Translations under genes and position numbers: made by a program
Shown: in pieces, positions 37,161 through 51,259 of the stretch
Position numbering within the stretch: position 1 is the first letter of the stretch
How the letters are laid out: each line of letters starts with the position of its first letter
The notes under the pieces: model-generated
What the model was told of the DNA's origin: nothing
Databases searched by the model: none
What the model saw: the letters and a program-made list of their open reading frames with translations, nothing else
Source of the DNA: Terriglobia bacterium
Lineage (GTDB): Bacteria; Acidobacteriota; Polarisedimenticolia; Polarisedimenticolales; JAIQFR01
Assembly (NCBI GenBank): GCA_963748015.1
Contig: CAVVHE010000004.1
Span: 1,728,001 to 1,792,000 of the forward strand
DNA: 64,000 bases
Direction: 5' to 3'

Positions 37161-38571
37161 CTAGCGGCCGGCCTCGACGGGATGGCGCTCGAGCCAGACG
37201 TTGTAGAGCCACATGCTGGCGGCGGAGACGAAGCCGATGCGCCATGAGGATGAGCCAGCCGGTCGCCGCCGACGCGGGGACCAGCTCGAGCAGGCCGTCC
37301 GGGCGCTTGACGGCGCCGCGGCACATCACGGCGTTGAAGATCCACGCTCCGACCGGCCCGCCGACCAGCGACCCGATCGCCATCGGCAGGTTGGCGTAGC
37401 CGAGGAAGAGCCCCTCCTGCCCCTTCGGCGCCAGCGCCCCGATCCACTCGTACGTGCGCGCCGAGGTGAACAGCTCGCCGAAGGCGATCAGCGACACCGT
37501 CAGGATGATGAACACCGATCCCAGCGGTAGCCAGTTGGCCGCGATCGTCCGCACGCCGCCCGAGGCGTAGACGGGCACCAGGTTGATGATCATCGAGACC
37601 CCGATGATCACCGTGCCGACCACGATCGAGCGGATCGGCTTCATCTTGCCGAAGTACTTCGTGATCAGGAGCTGGAAGCAGACGATCGTGATCGGGTTCG
37701 CAGCGGTGTAGAGGTCCATCGCCGGATTCGTCTCCACCACCTTCTTCACGTAGAGCGGCAGGACGTTGTAGACCTGGTTGTAGAGGAACCAGAACCCCGA
37801 GGACACGAGCAGGAACAGCGCGAAGCGCCGGTTGCCGAGGACGAGGAACATGTTCAGCAGCTTCTTCACGACGTCGTTGAACGTGTTCCGCGGCGTGCCG
37901 GGGCCGCGGTCCGGGTCGCGATAGCTCGCGAGCACCACGAAGAACGCCACGACCGAGGCGACGGTCGCCACGATGAAGATCAGGCTGAGGTCCTTGTAGA
38001 CGTTCCGGACGAAGTACGCGACGACGCGGCCGACGATCGAGCCGATGTTGATCACCATGTAGAAGATCGCGAAGGCGAGCGTCGCGCGCCCCATGTGGCT
38101 CTTCTGCACGGTGCCGCTGATGCAGGGCTTGATCACCGAGCCGCCGATGCCGATCAACACGATCGCGATCGCGATCGGCACCAGCACCGCGGGGCCGGCC
38201 GTCATCTGGTCGGAGGGGATCGGCGCGAGCACCTGCCCCCCGAACCACACCGGGTAGCCCATCAGGAAGTACCCCGCCGCCAGGAGGACGAAGGCGGCGA
38301 GCAGCGAGATGCGGAACCCGATGATGTCGGCGATCGTTCCCGAGATGATCGGCAGGAAGTAGACGAGGAACCAGAGGGCGCCGTTGAGGTTGCTCGGCCA
38401 GTAGTCGCCGAGGCCGAGGCGGCCGAGGTAGATCACGACGAAGCTGGCCATCGAGTAGTACGCGGCCCGCTCGAAGAGCTCCGTGGTGTTCGCCGCCCAG
38501 AAGACGCGCGGGAACCGCGGGGCGGTGTCCGCGGGCGCCCGCCCTGCCGAAGTGCCGGTTGCCGCGCTCAT
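37161..38571 (-). CDS. MFS transporter, POT/peptide-transporter-like (frameshift near 37240)
   Basis: ELFERAAYY motif, G.IAD..GFR, KPCISGTV, FYMVINIGS and ~12 TM segments. Confidence 0.88.
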
Positions 38572-39299
38572 TCGAAGAGCTTCTCGGCCTTCTGATACTG
38601 CGCGTGCACCGCTTCCACGGCCTTGGACACGCGGTCGGCGTCCTGGCCGCCGGCGGCCTCGCGCAGCGCCGACGTCGCCGCGCAGAGCGAGCTGAACTCG
38701 GCGCGGATCTGCTCTTCCTTCCCCGCTACCCGCTTCGGCAGCGGAGCCGCGACGAGCGCCTGGCACCGCTTGACCATCTCCTCGGAGGCGGCGCGCACCC
38801 CCGCGATGTCCTTGGCCGGCATCATGTGATGGTAGACCTGGTAGAGGGGCTGGTGGTACGCGTCGAGCTCCTTCATCGCAGGGCGGGTCACGCGGACGAG
38901 ACTCTCGTAACGGGAGTGAAGCGCCTCGACCGCGTCGAGCAGCCCCTTCTCGTCGTTCGCCGCGGCCGCCTTCTCGTAGCGCCCCGCGATCTCGACGAGG
39001 GCCTTGACCCCCTCGTCCCACGCGGCCTTGCGGTCGCGCAGGATCCCGGGCAGCTCCGCGGCGCGGACCTTCTTGACGTGCTCCTGCACCTGCGGCAGGA
39101 GGTCCTTCATCATCGGGACGTTCTTGTTCGGCCAGGCCTCGTGCCACAGCGGGTAGATCACCTCGTGCATCTCGGTGAGTGCTTGGACCTGGGCCTGCGT
39201 CTCGCCGGCGGCCGGGACCTCGACCGCGTGGGCCGCGGCGGCCGCGAAGGTCAGGAGCAGGGGGAGTAGCAGGTGGGCAAGGACGCGTTGATGGCGCAC
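38568..39299 (-). CDS. Secreted alpha-helical hypothetical protein
   Basis: AAGGAGG RBS, signal peptide and two helical repeats with H..I/L...WH/YH motifs. Confidence 0.75.
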   Translation of the reverse strand: MRHQRVLAHLLLPLLLTFAAAAAHAVEVPAAGETQAQVQALTEMHEVIYPLWHEAWPNKNVPMMKDLLPQVQEHVKKVRAAELPGILRDRKAAWDEGVKALVEIAGRYEKAAAANDEKGLLDAVEALHSRYESLVRVTRPAMKELDAYHQPLYQVYHHMMPAKDIAGVRAASEEMVKRCQALVAAPLPKRVAGKEEQIRAEFSSLCAATSALREAAGGQDADRVSKAVEAVHAQYQKAEKLFE

Positions 39300-39374
39300 G
39301 GACTCCTCCTTGGAAAACGAGCGGGAATCATATGGGAAGTGGGACGGCCATAGCAATCGCCGTCCCACCTCCCG

Positions 39375-39956
39375 TCAGTCCACGTCGCGCACCACGCCGC
39401 AGCCGATCCGTCCCCCGGCGTTCCCGGTGGGCTGGGTCACGAAATCGTCGGGGCTGGCGTGCACCACGATCGAGCGTCCCAGGATGTCGCCCAGCGGCGG
39501 GCCGCCGATGGACCATAGGTCGGTCTCGAGCGTGGTCCTTCCCTTGCCGTCCTTCCCGACCTCGACGTTGCCGATGTCGCCGTGGTGGAACGGCTTGTGC
39601 CCCCACTCCCCGTGCGCCGCGCTCGTCGGGTTCCAGTGCGGCCCCGCCGACATCGCGTCGGGCGCGCTGCAGTCCCCCTTCTCGTGGAGGTGAACGGCGT
39701 GCAGCCCCGGTGTCGCGTTCTCGAGGGTCAGCTCCATCTTCACGAAGTTCTTCTTCTGGACGAACGTCGCGCGGCCGGTCAGCTTGCTGCCGCTCTTCCC
39801 CTCGATCACCGCCTCGGCATGCCTCTCCTCGTTCTCCCCGAGCGGCGCGACCCGTCCCTGTTTCACGCGCACCGGCTCCGGGCGCTGCTCCTGCGTGTAT
39901 GCCACGCCGGCCGCGAGACCCGCGGCGGCAAGTACGATCAGGATTCTGTTCCTCAC
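39375..39956 (-). CDS. sodC: Cu/Zn superoxide dismutase
   Basis: HAVHLHEKGDC, SAGPHWNP, HHGDIGN, SIVVHA..DD, GNAGGRIGCGV; signal peptide. Confidence 0.95.
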   Translation of the reverse strand: MRNRILIVLAAAGLAAGVAYTQEQRPEPVRVKQGRVAPLGENEERHAEAVIEGKSGSKLTGRATFVQKKNFVKMELTLENATPGLHAVHLHEKGDCSAPDAMSAGPHWNPTSAAHGEWGHKPFHHGDIGNVEVGKDGKGRTTLETDLWSIGGPPLGDILGRSIVVHASPDDFVTQPTGNAGGRIGCGVVRDVD

Positions 39957-39972
39957 GTCACGTCTCCTTTCG

Positions 39973-42026
<2,054 letters not shown>

Positions 42027-42054
42027 GGCGGAAGGACCTCCGTGACCTCCCAGT

Positions 42055-43338
42055 CTAACGCTCCGGGGCGACCCGGACCATGCCGAAGGCGCCGGGATCG
42101 TAGAACCGCGAGATGAAGCGATTGATCTCCTCCAGGGAGAGCCGCGAGGCCCGCTCAGCGGCGTCGTCGAAGAACCCCGGCGGGAGGCCGAGCCGGCGCT
42201 CGCGGAGGTAGCGATCCAGGACGCTTCGCGGCGACTGCTTCTCGAACAGCCGCGCGCCGAGGAGGGACCCGGCGGCCGCCGCGCGCTCGTCCTCGGTGAT
42301 CCCGGTCTCGTGGAAGAGGCGGAGGACCTCGCGCAACTTGGCCTCGGCGGCGTCCGCATTCGGCGCGCGCGTGAAGGTCCCCAGCGCGTACGACCCCGGC
42401 GCGACGTCGCCGAGGTTGCGGGTGGAGGCGCCGTACGTCTCCCCTCCCTCGTGCCGGAGCGCTATGAGAAGCCTCGAGTAGAAGTGCCCGCCGAGGACGT
42501 GGTCGGCGACGAGGAAGGCGGGGTAGTCGGGATCGCCGTACGGGAGCGAGTCCCGGCCGTAGGCGAAGGTCACCTGGGTCAAACGCGGCATCGGCACCGT
42601 GACGTCCCGTTCGGCGCCCGCCGGCGAGACCGGACCCAGCGCGGGCTCGAGCCCCTCGGGGCGCGGTCCCGCGGGAGGGAGGAGGCCCGAGGCCGCGCGC
42701 CCCGCCTCGGCGCGGGTCAGGTCTCCCGCGAAGCCGATCGCGCGCCCCGGCAGGCGCACGAGAGCGTCCCGGGCCGCGACGAGCCGCGGCACGTCGGTCA
42801 GGAGCGGCTCGGGCTTCTCCACCTCCTGCCGTCGCGGGTCGCCGGGGGCGAAGAGAGCGCGGGCGAGCGCCTGCCTGGCGCGGAAGCCCGGCTCCTTCTG
42901 CGAGCGCTCCCACTCGATCTTGCGCCCCGTGCGCCGCCGCTTCAGCTCCCCGCGGTCGAGGTCGCGGTTCGCCAGCACCTCGCGCACGAGGCCGAGCGCG
43001 CCGTCGAGATCCTCCTTGAGGCAGTCGACCTTGAGGATCGCGGAGCGCCGCCCGGCCGAGAGCTCGAGCGTGATCCCGAGCAGGTCGGCCTTGCGCCTCA
43101 GGGCCCCGGCGGAATCGTGGAAGGCGATCTCGAACGCCTCCTCGGCGTGCTGCTCGCGGAACCAGGGCGACCACCGACCGGCAGGAAGCTCGAGCTCGAC
43201 GGAGACGAGCGGCGCGCGGTGGTCCTCGACCAGCACCACGGTCGTCGCCTCGTCGAGAGGCCAGGCCTGCGCGGCGGGAGCGGCAGCCGCCGGGGCCGCG
43301 GCCAGCAGGAGTGCCAGGACCGGCAGGACGGCGCGCAT
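42055..43338 (-). CDS. M16 peptidase family protein (non-catalytic partner subunit)
   Basis: Signal peptide, LVEDHRAPLV, LGG.FYSRL...LR...G.TYGA. No HxxEH motif. Confidence 0.85.
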   Translation of the reverse strand: MRAVLPVLALLLAAAPAAAAPAAQAWPLDEATTVVLVEDHRAPLVSVELELPAGRWSPWFREQHAEEAFEIAFHDSAGALRRKADLLGITLELSAGRRSAILKVDCLKEDLDGALGLVREVLANRDLDRGELKRRRTGRKIEWERSQKEPGFRARQALARALFAPGDPRRQEVEKPEPLLTDVPRLVAARDALVRLPGRAIGFAGDLTRAEAGRAASGLLPPAGPRPEGLEPALGPVSPAGAERDVTVPMPRLTQVTFAYGRDSLPYGDPDYPAFLVADHVLGGHFYSRLLIALRHEGGETYGASTRNLGDVAPGSYALGTFTRAPNADAAEAKLREVLRLFHETGITEDERAAAAGSLLGARLFEKQSPRSVLDRYLRERRLGLPPGFFDDAAERASRLSLEEINRFISRFYDPGAFGMVRVAPER

Positions 43339-44747
43339 CACCGGCTCACCAGCGGGTAGAGCCAGCCGAAGAGGCGCACGTACAGCGGCACGTGCTCGGG
43401 CTTGATGTAGAGGCGCACCGGCTCCGGCTCGCCCACGTACTTCCTCCACGCGGCGGCGACCTCCTCCCGCGTGACGGCGGCGATCCTCGCCTCGCGGTCG
43501 AAGGCCCGGCTCGCGTCCCCTTCCCACCAGCGGGCGCGCCCGACGGCATCCGCCATCGCGGCGGGGAAGTACGCGCGGGTCGCCTCCTGGCGCCTCAGCG
43601 ACCGTTTGGCCGCTGCGAGGCTCCCGTCGGTCAGCCAGTCGAGGCCGGAGAGCTGCGCCCGCGTCTCTTCCATGAAGCGGAACGCCGACGACTTGCGCCG
43701 GTAGGGAAGGCTCAGCGAGTAGAAGATCACGGCGCCGCCGCGCCTCAGGTTCAGCACCATGACCCCGGCCTCGACCGCCTTGCGCCTCCGGGACACGAGC
43801 TCCTCGCGGAACGGGCTCGCGGCCCCACCGGAGAGGAGCTGCGTGAGCACCTCGAGGGCCGGCCCGTCCGGCCCGCCCGCCGGCGGGAGGAGGAACCCGG
43901 CGGCGGCGATCTCGACGGGGGGCAGGTCCTCGCGCAGGTCCACCTCGGGCGGGAACTCCCAACCGAGGAGCGGCGGGACGTCGGCCGGCGTCGTCGCCCC
44001 CGCGCGGGATCCCGCCGAACGCGCTCTCCACCTCGGCGAGGGCCAGGACCGGGCTGACCGGCCCGGTGATCACGAGGTGGGCGTTGTTCGGGTGGTAGTA
44101 GGCCTCGTAGAACGCGCGGCTCGAATCGACGGTCGCGGCGGCGACCTCGTCCTTCGAGCCGGTCGGGTCGAACGCGTACGGGTGGCGGCCGAGGAACGCC
44201 TTCTGCGCCGCCACCATCACGCGGCTCTCCGGGCTGTTCTCGGCGGCGAGGCGAAGCTCCTCGGTCACGATCCGCTTCTCGTTCTCGAGGTTCGCGGGCT
44301 CGATGAGGAGCCCCGTCATCCGGTCGGCTTCCATCTCGAGCACGACGCCGTGCGCCTCGGGAGCGATCTCGGACACGTAGACGGTCTCGTCGGGGCTGGT
44401 GAAGGCGTTGTTGTCGCCCCCGAAGCGGTGGTGCCAGTCCCAGTAGTCGCGCTTCTCGTGGTGCACCGTCTCTCCGAACATCAGGTGCTCGAAGAGGTGC
44501 GCCAGGCCGCGGCTCCCCGGCCCCTCGTTCGCGGAGCCGACGTGGTACCAGACCTGCGTCGCCACGACCGGATCGTCGGGCCGAGGCAGGATCGAGACCT
44601 CGAGGCCGTTGGAAGCGTCGTCTCGACGTAGCCGGGCGGCGGCGCCGCAGCGGCCGTCATGGCGAACAGCGCCAGCACGGACGCCGTGAACCGGAGCCTG
44701 CGCGCCGATCGGTCGGTCGATGCGGGGGGCGTTCGTCCGTGGGTCAT
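43338..44747 (-). CDS. M16 peptidase (pitrilysin-like) catalytic subunit (frameshifted; start uncertain)
   Basis: WYHVGSANE, GLAHLFEHLMF, NAFTS.DETVY, E..IV.EE. Frame changes near 44600 and 43990. Confidence 0.88.
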
Positions 44748-44913
44748 CCCGCGGCGACCTCCCTCGGCGACGACCCGCATCGGCCGCGCGAAGGGTCGAG
44801 CAATCGCGATGGCGCGGACCCTAGCGCCATCGCGCTCGACCCTTCGCGCGGCCGTGCAGGGGTCCCCGTCGCCTCGGGCATTGTCGCCGCGGGATGACCC
44901 ACGGACGAACGCC
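44728..44913. repeat. Long palindromic (rod-hairpin) interspersed repeat, copy 2
   Basis: Perfect 31-bp outer arms at 44728-44758 and 44883-44913; same core as 36944-37139 with compensatory changes. Confidence 0.9.
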
Positions 44914-45020
44914 GGAGCTCGTGCGAGCACCGACCCGGAAAGACACGGAGGAGGATCGGCGCGCGGCGCCGGGTCGCGCCGCTCAGGGCCGAGTTGCACG
45001 GCGAGGTCTCTGCCATCCCT

Positions 45021-46436
45021 CTAGCTCTCGAAGACGACGCCCGGAGGCGGCGCCGTGAACCGGCCCAGCTCGAAGCGGAGAGCGTCCTCGAGGGTGGGAT
45101 GGCGGAAGCGGAAGCCGGCGTCGAGGAGGCGGCGTGGTAGCACCCGCTGACCCTCGAGAAGGAGCGACCGGCCCATCTCGCCGAACAGGAGCTTCACCGC
45201 GGCGGCGGGGAGCGGGGCGATGGCGGGGCGGCGCAGGACGTGGCCGAGCGTGCGCGCGAACTCCGCGTTCGGGACGGGCCCGGGGGCCGTGACGTTCACC
45301 GGTCCGGAGACGTCGTCCCGGAAGAGCCCGAAGTGGAACGCCCCGATCGCGTCGTCGAGCGAGACCCAGCTCATGACCTGCGCGCCGCTGCCGACGCGGC
45401 CCCCCGCGCCGACCTGGAACGCCGTTGCCATTCTCGGTAGCGCCCCTCCCGCCGCGCTGAGCACGACGCCGAGGCGAAGCGAGGCAACGCGGATGCCGCG
45501 CTCGGCGGCGGGAGCGGCCGCGGCCTCCCACTCGCGGCAAACGTTCGCGAGATAGCCCGTCCCCGAACCGCTCGACTCGTCGAGGTCTTCGCCGGGGCGA
45601 TCGCCGTACCAGCCGACCGCCGAGGCGCAGAGCAGCACGCGCGGGGGCGCCTGGAGCCCGGCCAGCGTGCGCGCGAGGAGGCGCGTCCCGGCGACCCGGC
45701 TCGCGAGGATCCGCTCCTTGCGCGCGTCGGTCCAGCGGCCGGCTCCGATGTTCTCGCCGGCGAGGTGGATGACGGCGTCGAGCCCTTCGAGCCTCGCGGC
45801 TTCGAGGACCCCGCCAGCCGGATCCCACGGGATGTCGTCGGCGCCGGTGGCGGACCCGGGCCGGACCAGCCGGAACACCGAGTGCCCTCCGGTCGACAGG
45901 AACGCGCGGAGTGCCGTGCCGAGGAGGCCCGTCGCCCCGCTGATCGCGATCCTGAGGGAGCCGCGCGCGGCGAAGGCCCGGTGCCGCTCGAGGTCCGCGG
46001 CGGTGATCGCGTGCCGGTACGAGAACATCCGCTCGAGCTTCGCGCGCGCGCGGCCGAAGCCGAAGAGGTCCCCGAGCGCGCCGCCGGGGAGCGCGAGCTC
46101 GATCCGGTCCTCGAGCGTGCAGGCGGCGTCGCCGTCGGGCTCGAAGCGGTGCTCGTGGACCCAGTGCGCGAACGGCCCCTCGACCTGCCGGTCCACGAAC
46201 CGCTTCCCCGCGTCGTAGTCCCTGTGCTCGGCGATCCACCGCATTCGGATCGGCCCGAACGGCACCTGGAGCACGACGCGGCCGCCGTCCTTGATCCCGC
46301 CCGAGCGCTCGAGGACCGAGACCCGCTCCCACGGCGGCGTGAGCCGCTCGAGCGCCCCCGGCCTCTCGTGCCACCGGAAGACCTCGGCGCAGGGCGCCTC
46401 GATCCTCGATCTCGCGACGAACCGGCGCAGCCTCAC
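45021..46436 (-). CDS. TIGR01777-family NAD-dependent epimerase with an N-terminal SRPBCC domain
   Basis: SRPBCC part (F.WHERPGALERLTPPW, GPFAHWVHEH), then ISGATGLLG, HLAGENI...RWT, SAVGWYG, GSG.Q.MSWVSLDD. Confidence 0.93.
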   Translation of the reverse strand: MRLRRFVARSRIEAPCAEVFRWHERPGALERLTPPWERVSVLERSGGIKDGGRVVLQVPFGPIRMRWIAEHRDYDAGKRFVDRQVEGPFAHWVHEHRFEPDGDAACTLEDRIELALPGGALGDLFGFGRARAKLERMFSYRHAITAADLERHRAFAARGSLRIAISGATGLLGTALRAFLSTGGHSVFRLVRPGSATGADDIPWDPAGGVLEAARLEGLDAVIHLAGENIGAGRWTDARKERILASRVAGTRLLARTLAGLQAPPRVLLCASAVGWYGDRPGEDLDESSGSGTGYLANVCREWEAAAAPAAERGIRVASLRLGVVLSAAGGALPRMATAFQVGAGGRVGSGAQVMSWVSLDDAIGAFHFGLFRDDVSGPVNVTAPGPVPNAEFARTLGHVLRRPAIAPLPAAAVKLLFGEMGRSLLLEGQRVLPRRLLDAGFRFRHPTLEDALRFELGRFTAPPPGVVFES

Positions 46437-46648
46437 GCGAAACTCCTAGAGCACCCGCGCGGACTTCCGGGGTGCGGCCCATTGTAGAACGGTCGGGCCA
46501 GTCGGCGGCCAAAGACGCGATTGGGGTGGCGAACGGCATGCATCCGGAAACACATCGGCCCATAAGCCAAGTGCTTCTCTGAAAGCGTGTTCCGTGAGAA
46601 CATCGCGGCACGCAAGGCAGCCATGCCGCGGTCGGCGGGGGGATTGGA

Positions 46649-49600
46649 GTGGGCCTTTCGCGCGGTGCTGCGCTCGGACCGTACGAGGTCGTCGAGCTCA
46701 TCGGGGTCGGTGGCATGGGCGAGGTGTACCGCGCCCGCGATCCGCGGCTCGGCCGGTACGTCGCGATCAAGATCCTGCCGGCGGGAATCGCCGACGACGC
46801 CGGGCGCCTGCACCGCTTCGAGCAGGAGGCCCGCGCCGTCGCCGCCCTGAATCACCCGCATATCCTCACCGTCTTCGACATCGGCTCCCACGACGGGACC
46901 CCGTACGTGGTCACGGAGCTTCTCGAGGGGGAGAACCTCCGCGAGGTGCTCGCGCGCCGCCCGCCGACGCAGCGACAGGTCGTCTCCCTGGCGGTGCAGG
47001 TGGCCCAGGGCCTCGGGGCAGCGCACCAGAAGGGAATCGTCCACCGCGACGTCAAGCCCGAGAACCTCTTTCTCACCGCGGAGGGGCGGGCGAAGATCCT
47101 CGATTTCGGACTGGCCCGGTTCGGCGCTCCCCTGAAGACCTCTTCTCCAGGCGAAGCCAAGGGAGACGTGACGCGGGCCGGGTTCCTGATGGGCACGGTC
47201 GCGTACATGTCGCCGGAGCAGGCCAGCGCCCTGTCGATCGATCCCCGCAGCGACCTTTTTTCGTTCGGCATCGTCCTCTACGAGCTTCTCTCCGGCCGGC
47301 ATCCCTTCCGCCGCGAGACGGCCGAGGCGACGGTCGAGGCGATCCTCTACGAGACGCCGCCCGCCCCGTCGTCGCTCGAGCCCGACGATCCCGCCGGCGC
47401 TGGACGGGATCGTGCGCCGGTGCCTGGAGAAGGACCGCGAGGAGCGGTTCCAGAGCGCGCACGAATTGGCGGTGGCGCTCGAGGCGGTGTTGAAGGCGCC
47501 CGCGGGGGCGGCGTCGCTCGCGGCGGCGGAGGAGCGGAGCCCGTACCCCGGCCTCCAGTCGTTCACGGAGAAGAACGCGGGGGTGTTCTTCGGCCGCGAG
47601 ACCGAGGTCAAGGCGCTCTGGCAGCGGCTCGAGAGCCGCCGTCTTCTCGCCGTGATCGGGCCTTCGGGAGCGGGGAAGACCTCCTTCGTGCGGGCGGGCG
47701 TCGTCGCATCGAGGCCCGAGGGCTGGGGCGCGATCGTCTGCAAGCCCGGGGCGGCGCCGCTGCGGAACCTGGCCAACGCGCTGGCACCGGAGCTGGCGAA
47801 CGATCCCGAAGCGGTGACGCAGCTCCTCTCCTCCGACGAGCCGGAGATCGCGTTGGAAATGCTGTCGAGGTGGCGGGGGGGGCACGCGGAAGCCCTTCTC
47901 GTCGTGGACCAGTTCGAGGAGCTGTTCACGCTGAATCCGCCCGAATCCCAGGCCGGCTTCGCCGCCCTGCTCGGCCGCCTGGCCTCCGAGGCCGATATCC
48001 ACGTGCTCCTGTCCCTCCGCGACGACTTCCTGATGCGGTGTCACGACCGCGAGCCGCTCGGCGCGATCTTCTCGGACCTCACGCCTCTCGGCCCCCTCAC
48101 GGCCGACGGGCTCCGTCGCGCGCTGATCGAGCCGGCGAGGAAGCTCGGGTACCGCTTCGAGGACGACGCCCTCGTGAACGAGATGGTCGCCTCGGTCGAC
48201 GGGACGCGCGCGGCGCGCTTCCGCTGCTGGCCTTCGCGGTGGCGCGGCTGTGGGAGAAGCGCGAGCGGGAAACGAAGTTCCTGACATGGGAGGCGTACGA
48301 GGAGATCGGGGGCGTGGCAGGAGCGCTCGCCCAGCACGCCGAGGCCACGATGGCCCGCATCGGTTCGGAGCGGCACGGGATCGTGCGCGAGATGTTTCGG
48401 CAGCTCGTGACGGCCCAGGGTACGAGGGCGGTCCTGGACCGCGAGGAGTTGCTGTCCGCGTTTCAGGATCGGGTGGCGGCGGACGAGGTACTGGGCGCGC
48501 TGATCGACGCGCGGCTCCTGACGAGCTACGAGGTTGCGGAAGCGGAAGGCCGCTCGACCCGGCATCGGGTCGAGATCGTGCACGAGTCGCTGCTGCGAGG
48601 CTTGGCCGCGGCTGGTGCGGTGGCAGGCGCAGGACGAGGAGGGAGCGCTTCTCCGGGACCAGCTCCGGCAGGCCGCGAGGCTGTGGAGCGAGAAGAACCG
48701 GACCGGGGATCTGCTCTGGACGGGCACGGCGTACGAGGAGTTCGAGCTCTGGCGCGAGCGCTACCCGGGGAAGCTCACCTCGGTCGAGTCCGACTTCGCG
48801 CGCGCCATGGCGGAGAAGGCGCGGAAGAAGAAACGACTGGTACGGGATGCCGTCGCGGCGGCGTTTCTTGCCCTGGCGGGGTCGCGATCGCGATCGGCGT
48901 CTCGCGGTATCAGGCGGTCGAGGGCCCGTGACGAGGCCGAGGCCGAGGCGCAGCGCGCCGAGGCGGGCAAGCTGCTGGCCCTCGGCCGCGCCGAAATCGA
49001 CGCGACAGTACGCGGCGCTCGCCTACGCGCGCAAGAGCCTGGAGCTGGCCGACACCCCCGAGGCGCGCCGCTTCGCCGTGGAGGTGCTCTGGCGCGGGCC
49101 CGTGGCCCGCATCCTCGACCCGGAAAAGGCCGTGGAGGGGCTGACAGCCTCAGGAACGGTACCACTGGGGCTTGAGCCCGTCTTCAGCCCGGATTCCAGC
49201 TGGTTCGCCCTTCAGAACGACGCGAGCGGCCGCATCTTGCTTTTTTCCAGCGACGGAGCGGCTACACGCGTTCTTCCCCGCCCGCCCGACGGCAACGCGC
49301 AGGCGCTCGCTTTCGGCCCACGGAGCGACGTGCTCATCACGGGAGGAGGCGGGACGAGCCTGCGCTTCCTGTCCCTCCCCGACTTGCACGAGACCGGAGC
49401 ATCGAGTTGGGCGGCGTCGGATTCCAAGGCGTGGGTATCGGGCGAACGGCTCATGACGGTTACGCGCATGTCGCGGGAGGGCATGGGCCAGGTGCTTCGA
49501 GCCTGGCCATTCCCTGGCGGGGAGCCGGAGACCTTGGCGACGGGCGACTGGACCGGTCCCTACCGGCAAGATCGACCCGGCTGGCAAGTGGCTCGCGGAT

Positions 49601-51171
49601 GTGCGGGATCGGGAGCTCTTCCTTCGCCCGATCGGCGAACCGTCCCCGTCGCGGAAATGGGCTCTCGGAAACCTCGCGGACGATCTGGCCTGGGGCAACT
49701 CCCTTGGTTTCCTTCCCCGCGAGGAGGGCGTCGTTACGTTGGACAAGTCCGGGAACATTCGGATCTGGTCCTGGCCGGAGAATGCGCCGCGGGCCACGAC
49801 CGTGAGGCCGGGGGCGGTTCGGACGGAATCGCTCCTGGACATCGATCCCCAGGGACGTTACCTGGCCGGATACGCGGGGACCGAGCTCGATTACTTTGGG
49901 ACCTCCACGACCCGCCGGACGCCGAGCCCTTGGTCCTCAGCGGAAACCGAGTTCGGGAGGAGCGCGGCGGGTGTTTTCGATCGACGCGGGCAGTGGCTCG
50001 TCACCAGCAACATGTCCAGAGTCCGATTCTGGCCTCCCGCCTCCCCCTGGACGCGCAAACTGCCCGTCACGCGCACGAGCACTTGGGCCCTCGCGTTCAC
50101 ACCGGATCGCCGCTGGTTGTCTTCGTGTGCGATCGACCGCCCTGTTCGGCTGTTCGCGATGAGTCGTCTCGACGGGGCTTTCCGCGACCTGCTGCCGGCG
50201 ATCTCCTGCTACTTCGCCGCAGCGCACCCCGCGAGCGGTCATCTCCTCGCGAGCACTTGGCGGGACTCGAAACGGGACCGGAACGACGGCCGGGTCCTGC
50301 TCTACACCATCCCGGGCGGCCCGGCGCGTGAGCTCCGCACCGGCTGGGAGGGGGCCATGGCGACCGCAGCCGTGGCTTTCGACCGGAGTGGACGCCGGGC
50401 GATTGCGTGCCCCGGATGGGGTCCCGACGGAACCGCGACGACCCTCAATAACGTGATGAGAGTTTGGGACCTCGAGTCGGGCGAAGGGCGGACGTACTCT
50501 CTCTCCCGGTTCGGCGCCGATTCCCAGTCCCCGTGCCAGGATGTCGCCTTTGCCCCGGACGGCAGCGCGTTCGTTGCCGAGGGGCGGAGGCGTCCTTCGT
50601 CTCGTTCTTCCCGACGACCCAAGGGGGACCCCCTCCAGCGAGCTGGTGTACGCCACACCCATGGCCGCGTTGGCTCTGAGTCCCGACGGCCGTCAGCTGC
50701 TCGTCCTCGCCGGCCGCGATCCGCTCGGGTTGCTCTTCGAAGAGCTCATCCTCTTCGATCTCGCCGCTCACACCTCGCGCCGGATTACCACGCACGGAGA
50801 GCGCCTGTTCGTCGCGGCGTTCGACCCGTCGGGACGGTTCATCGTCACCGGTGATCATGATGGCATCGTCAGGGTCGGGCCGGTCACGGGCGAGGAGCCC
50901 CACCTGCTGCTGGGGCACCACTCGATGGTCGAGTCCCTCGCGGTCTCTCCCGATGGCCGGTGGATCGCCACCGCAACCGAGGAAGGCCTCTACCTTTGGC
51001 CGATGCCCGACATGGCCCGAACCGCCGCTCCACACCCTGCCGCACGACGAGCTCCTCGGGAAGCTCGACAGCTTCACGAACCTCCGCGTGGTCCCCGACC
51101 CATCCTCCTCCACCGGCTGGAAGCTGGACGTAGGTCCCTTCCCTGGCTGGAAGGACGTGCCGACCTGGTAG
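46649..51171 (+). CDS. Ser/Thr kinase - nSTAND1-type NTPase - WD40-like repeat protein (multiple frameshifts)
   Basis: Kinase motifs GVGGMGEVY, HRDVKPEN, DFG; then PYPGLQSF, FFGRE, GPSGAGKTS, LLVVDQFEELF, HESLL..W..L..W; then AFSPDG-type repeats. Confidence 0.87.
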
Positions 51172-51259
51172 GCCGCTACCCCCGTCTCATCGACCCCCCC
51201 TTCCAGGTTCACGACCCGAGCGGTACAATTCGGTCAAACCGGCCGCGGAGGGGGCAGCG

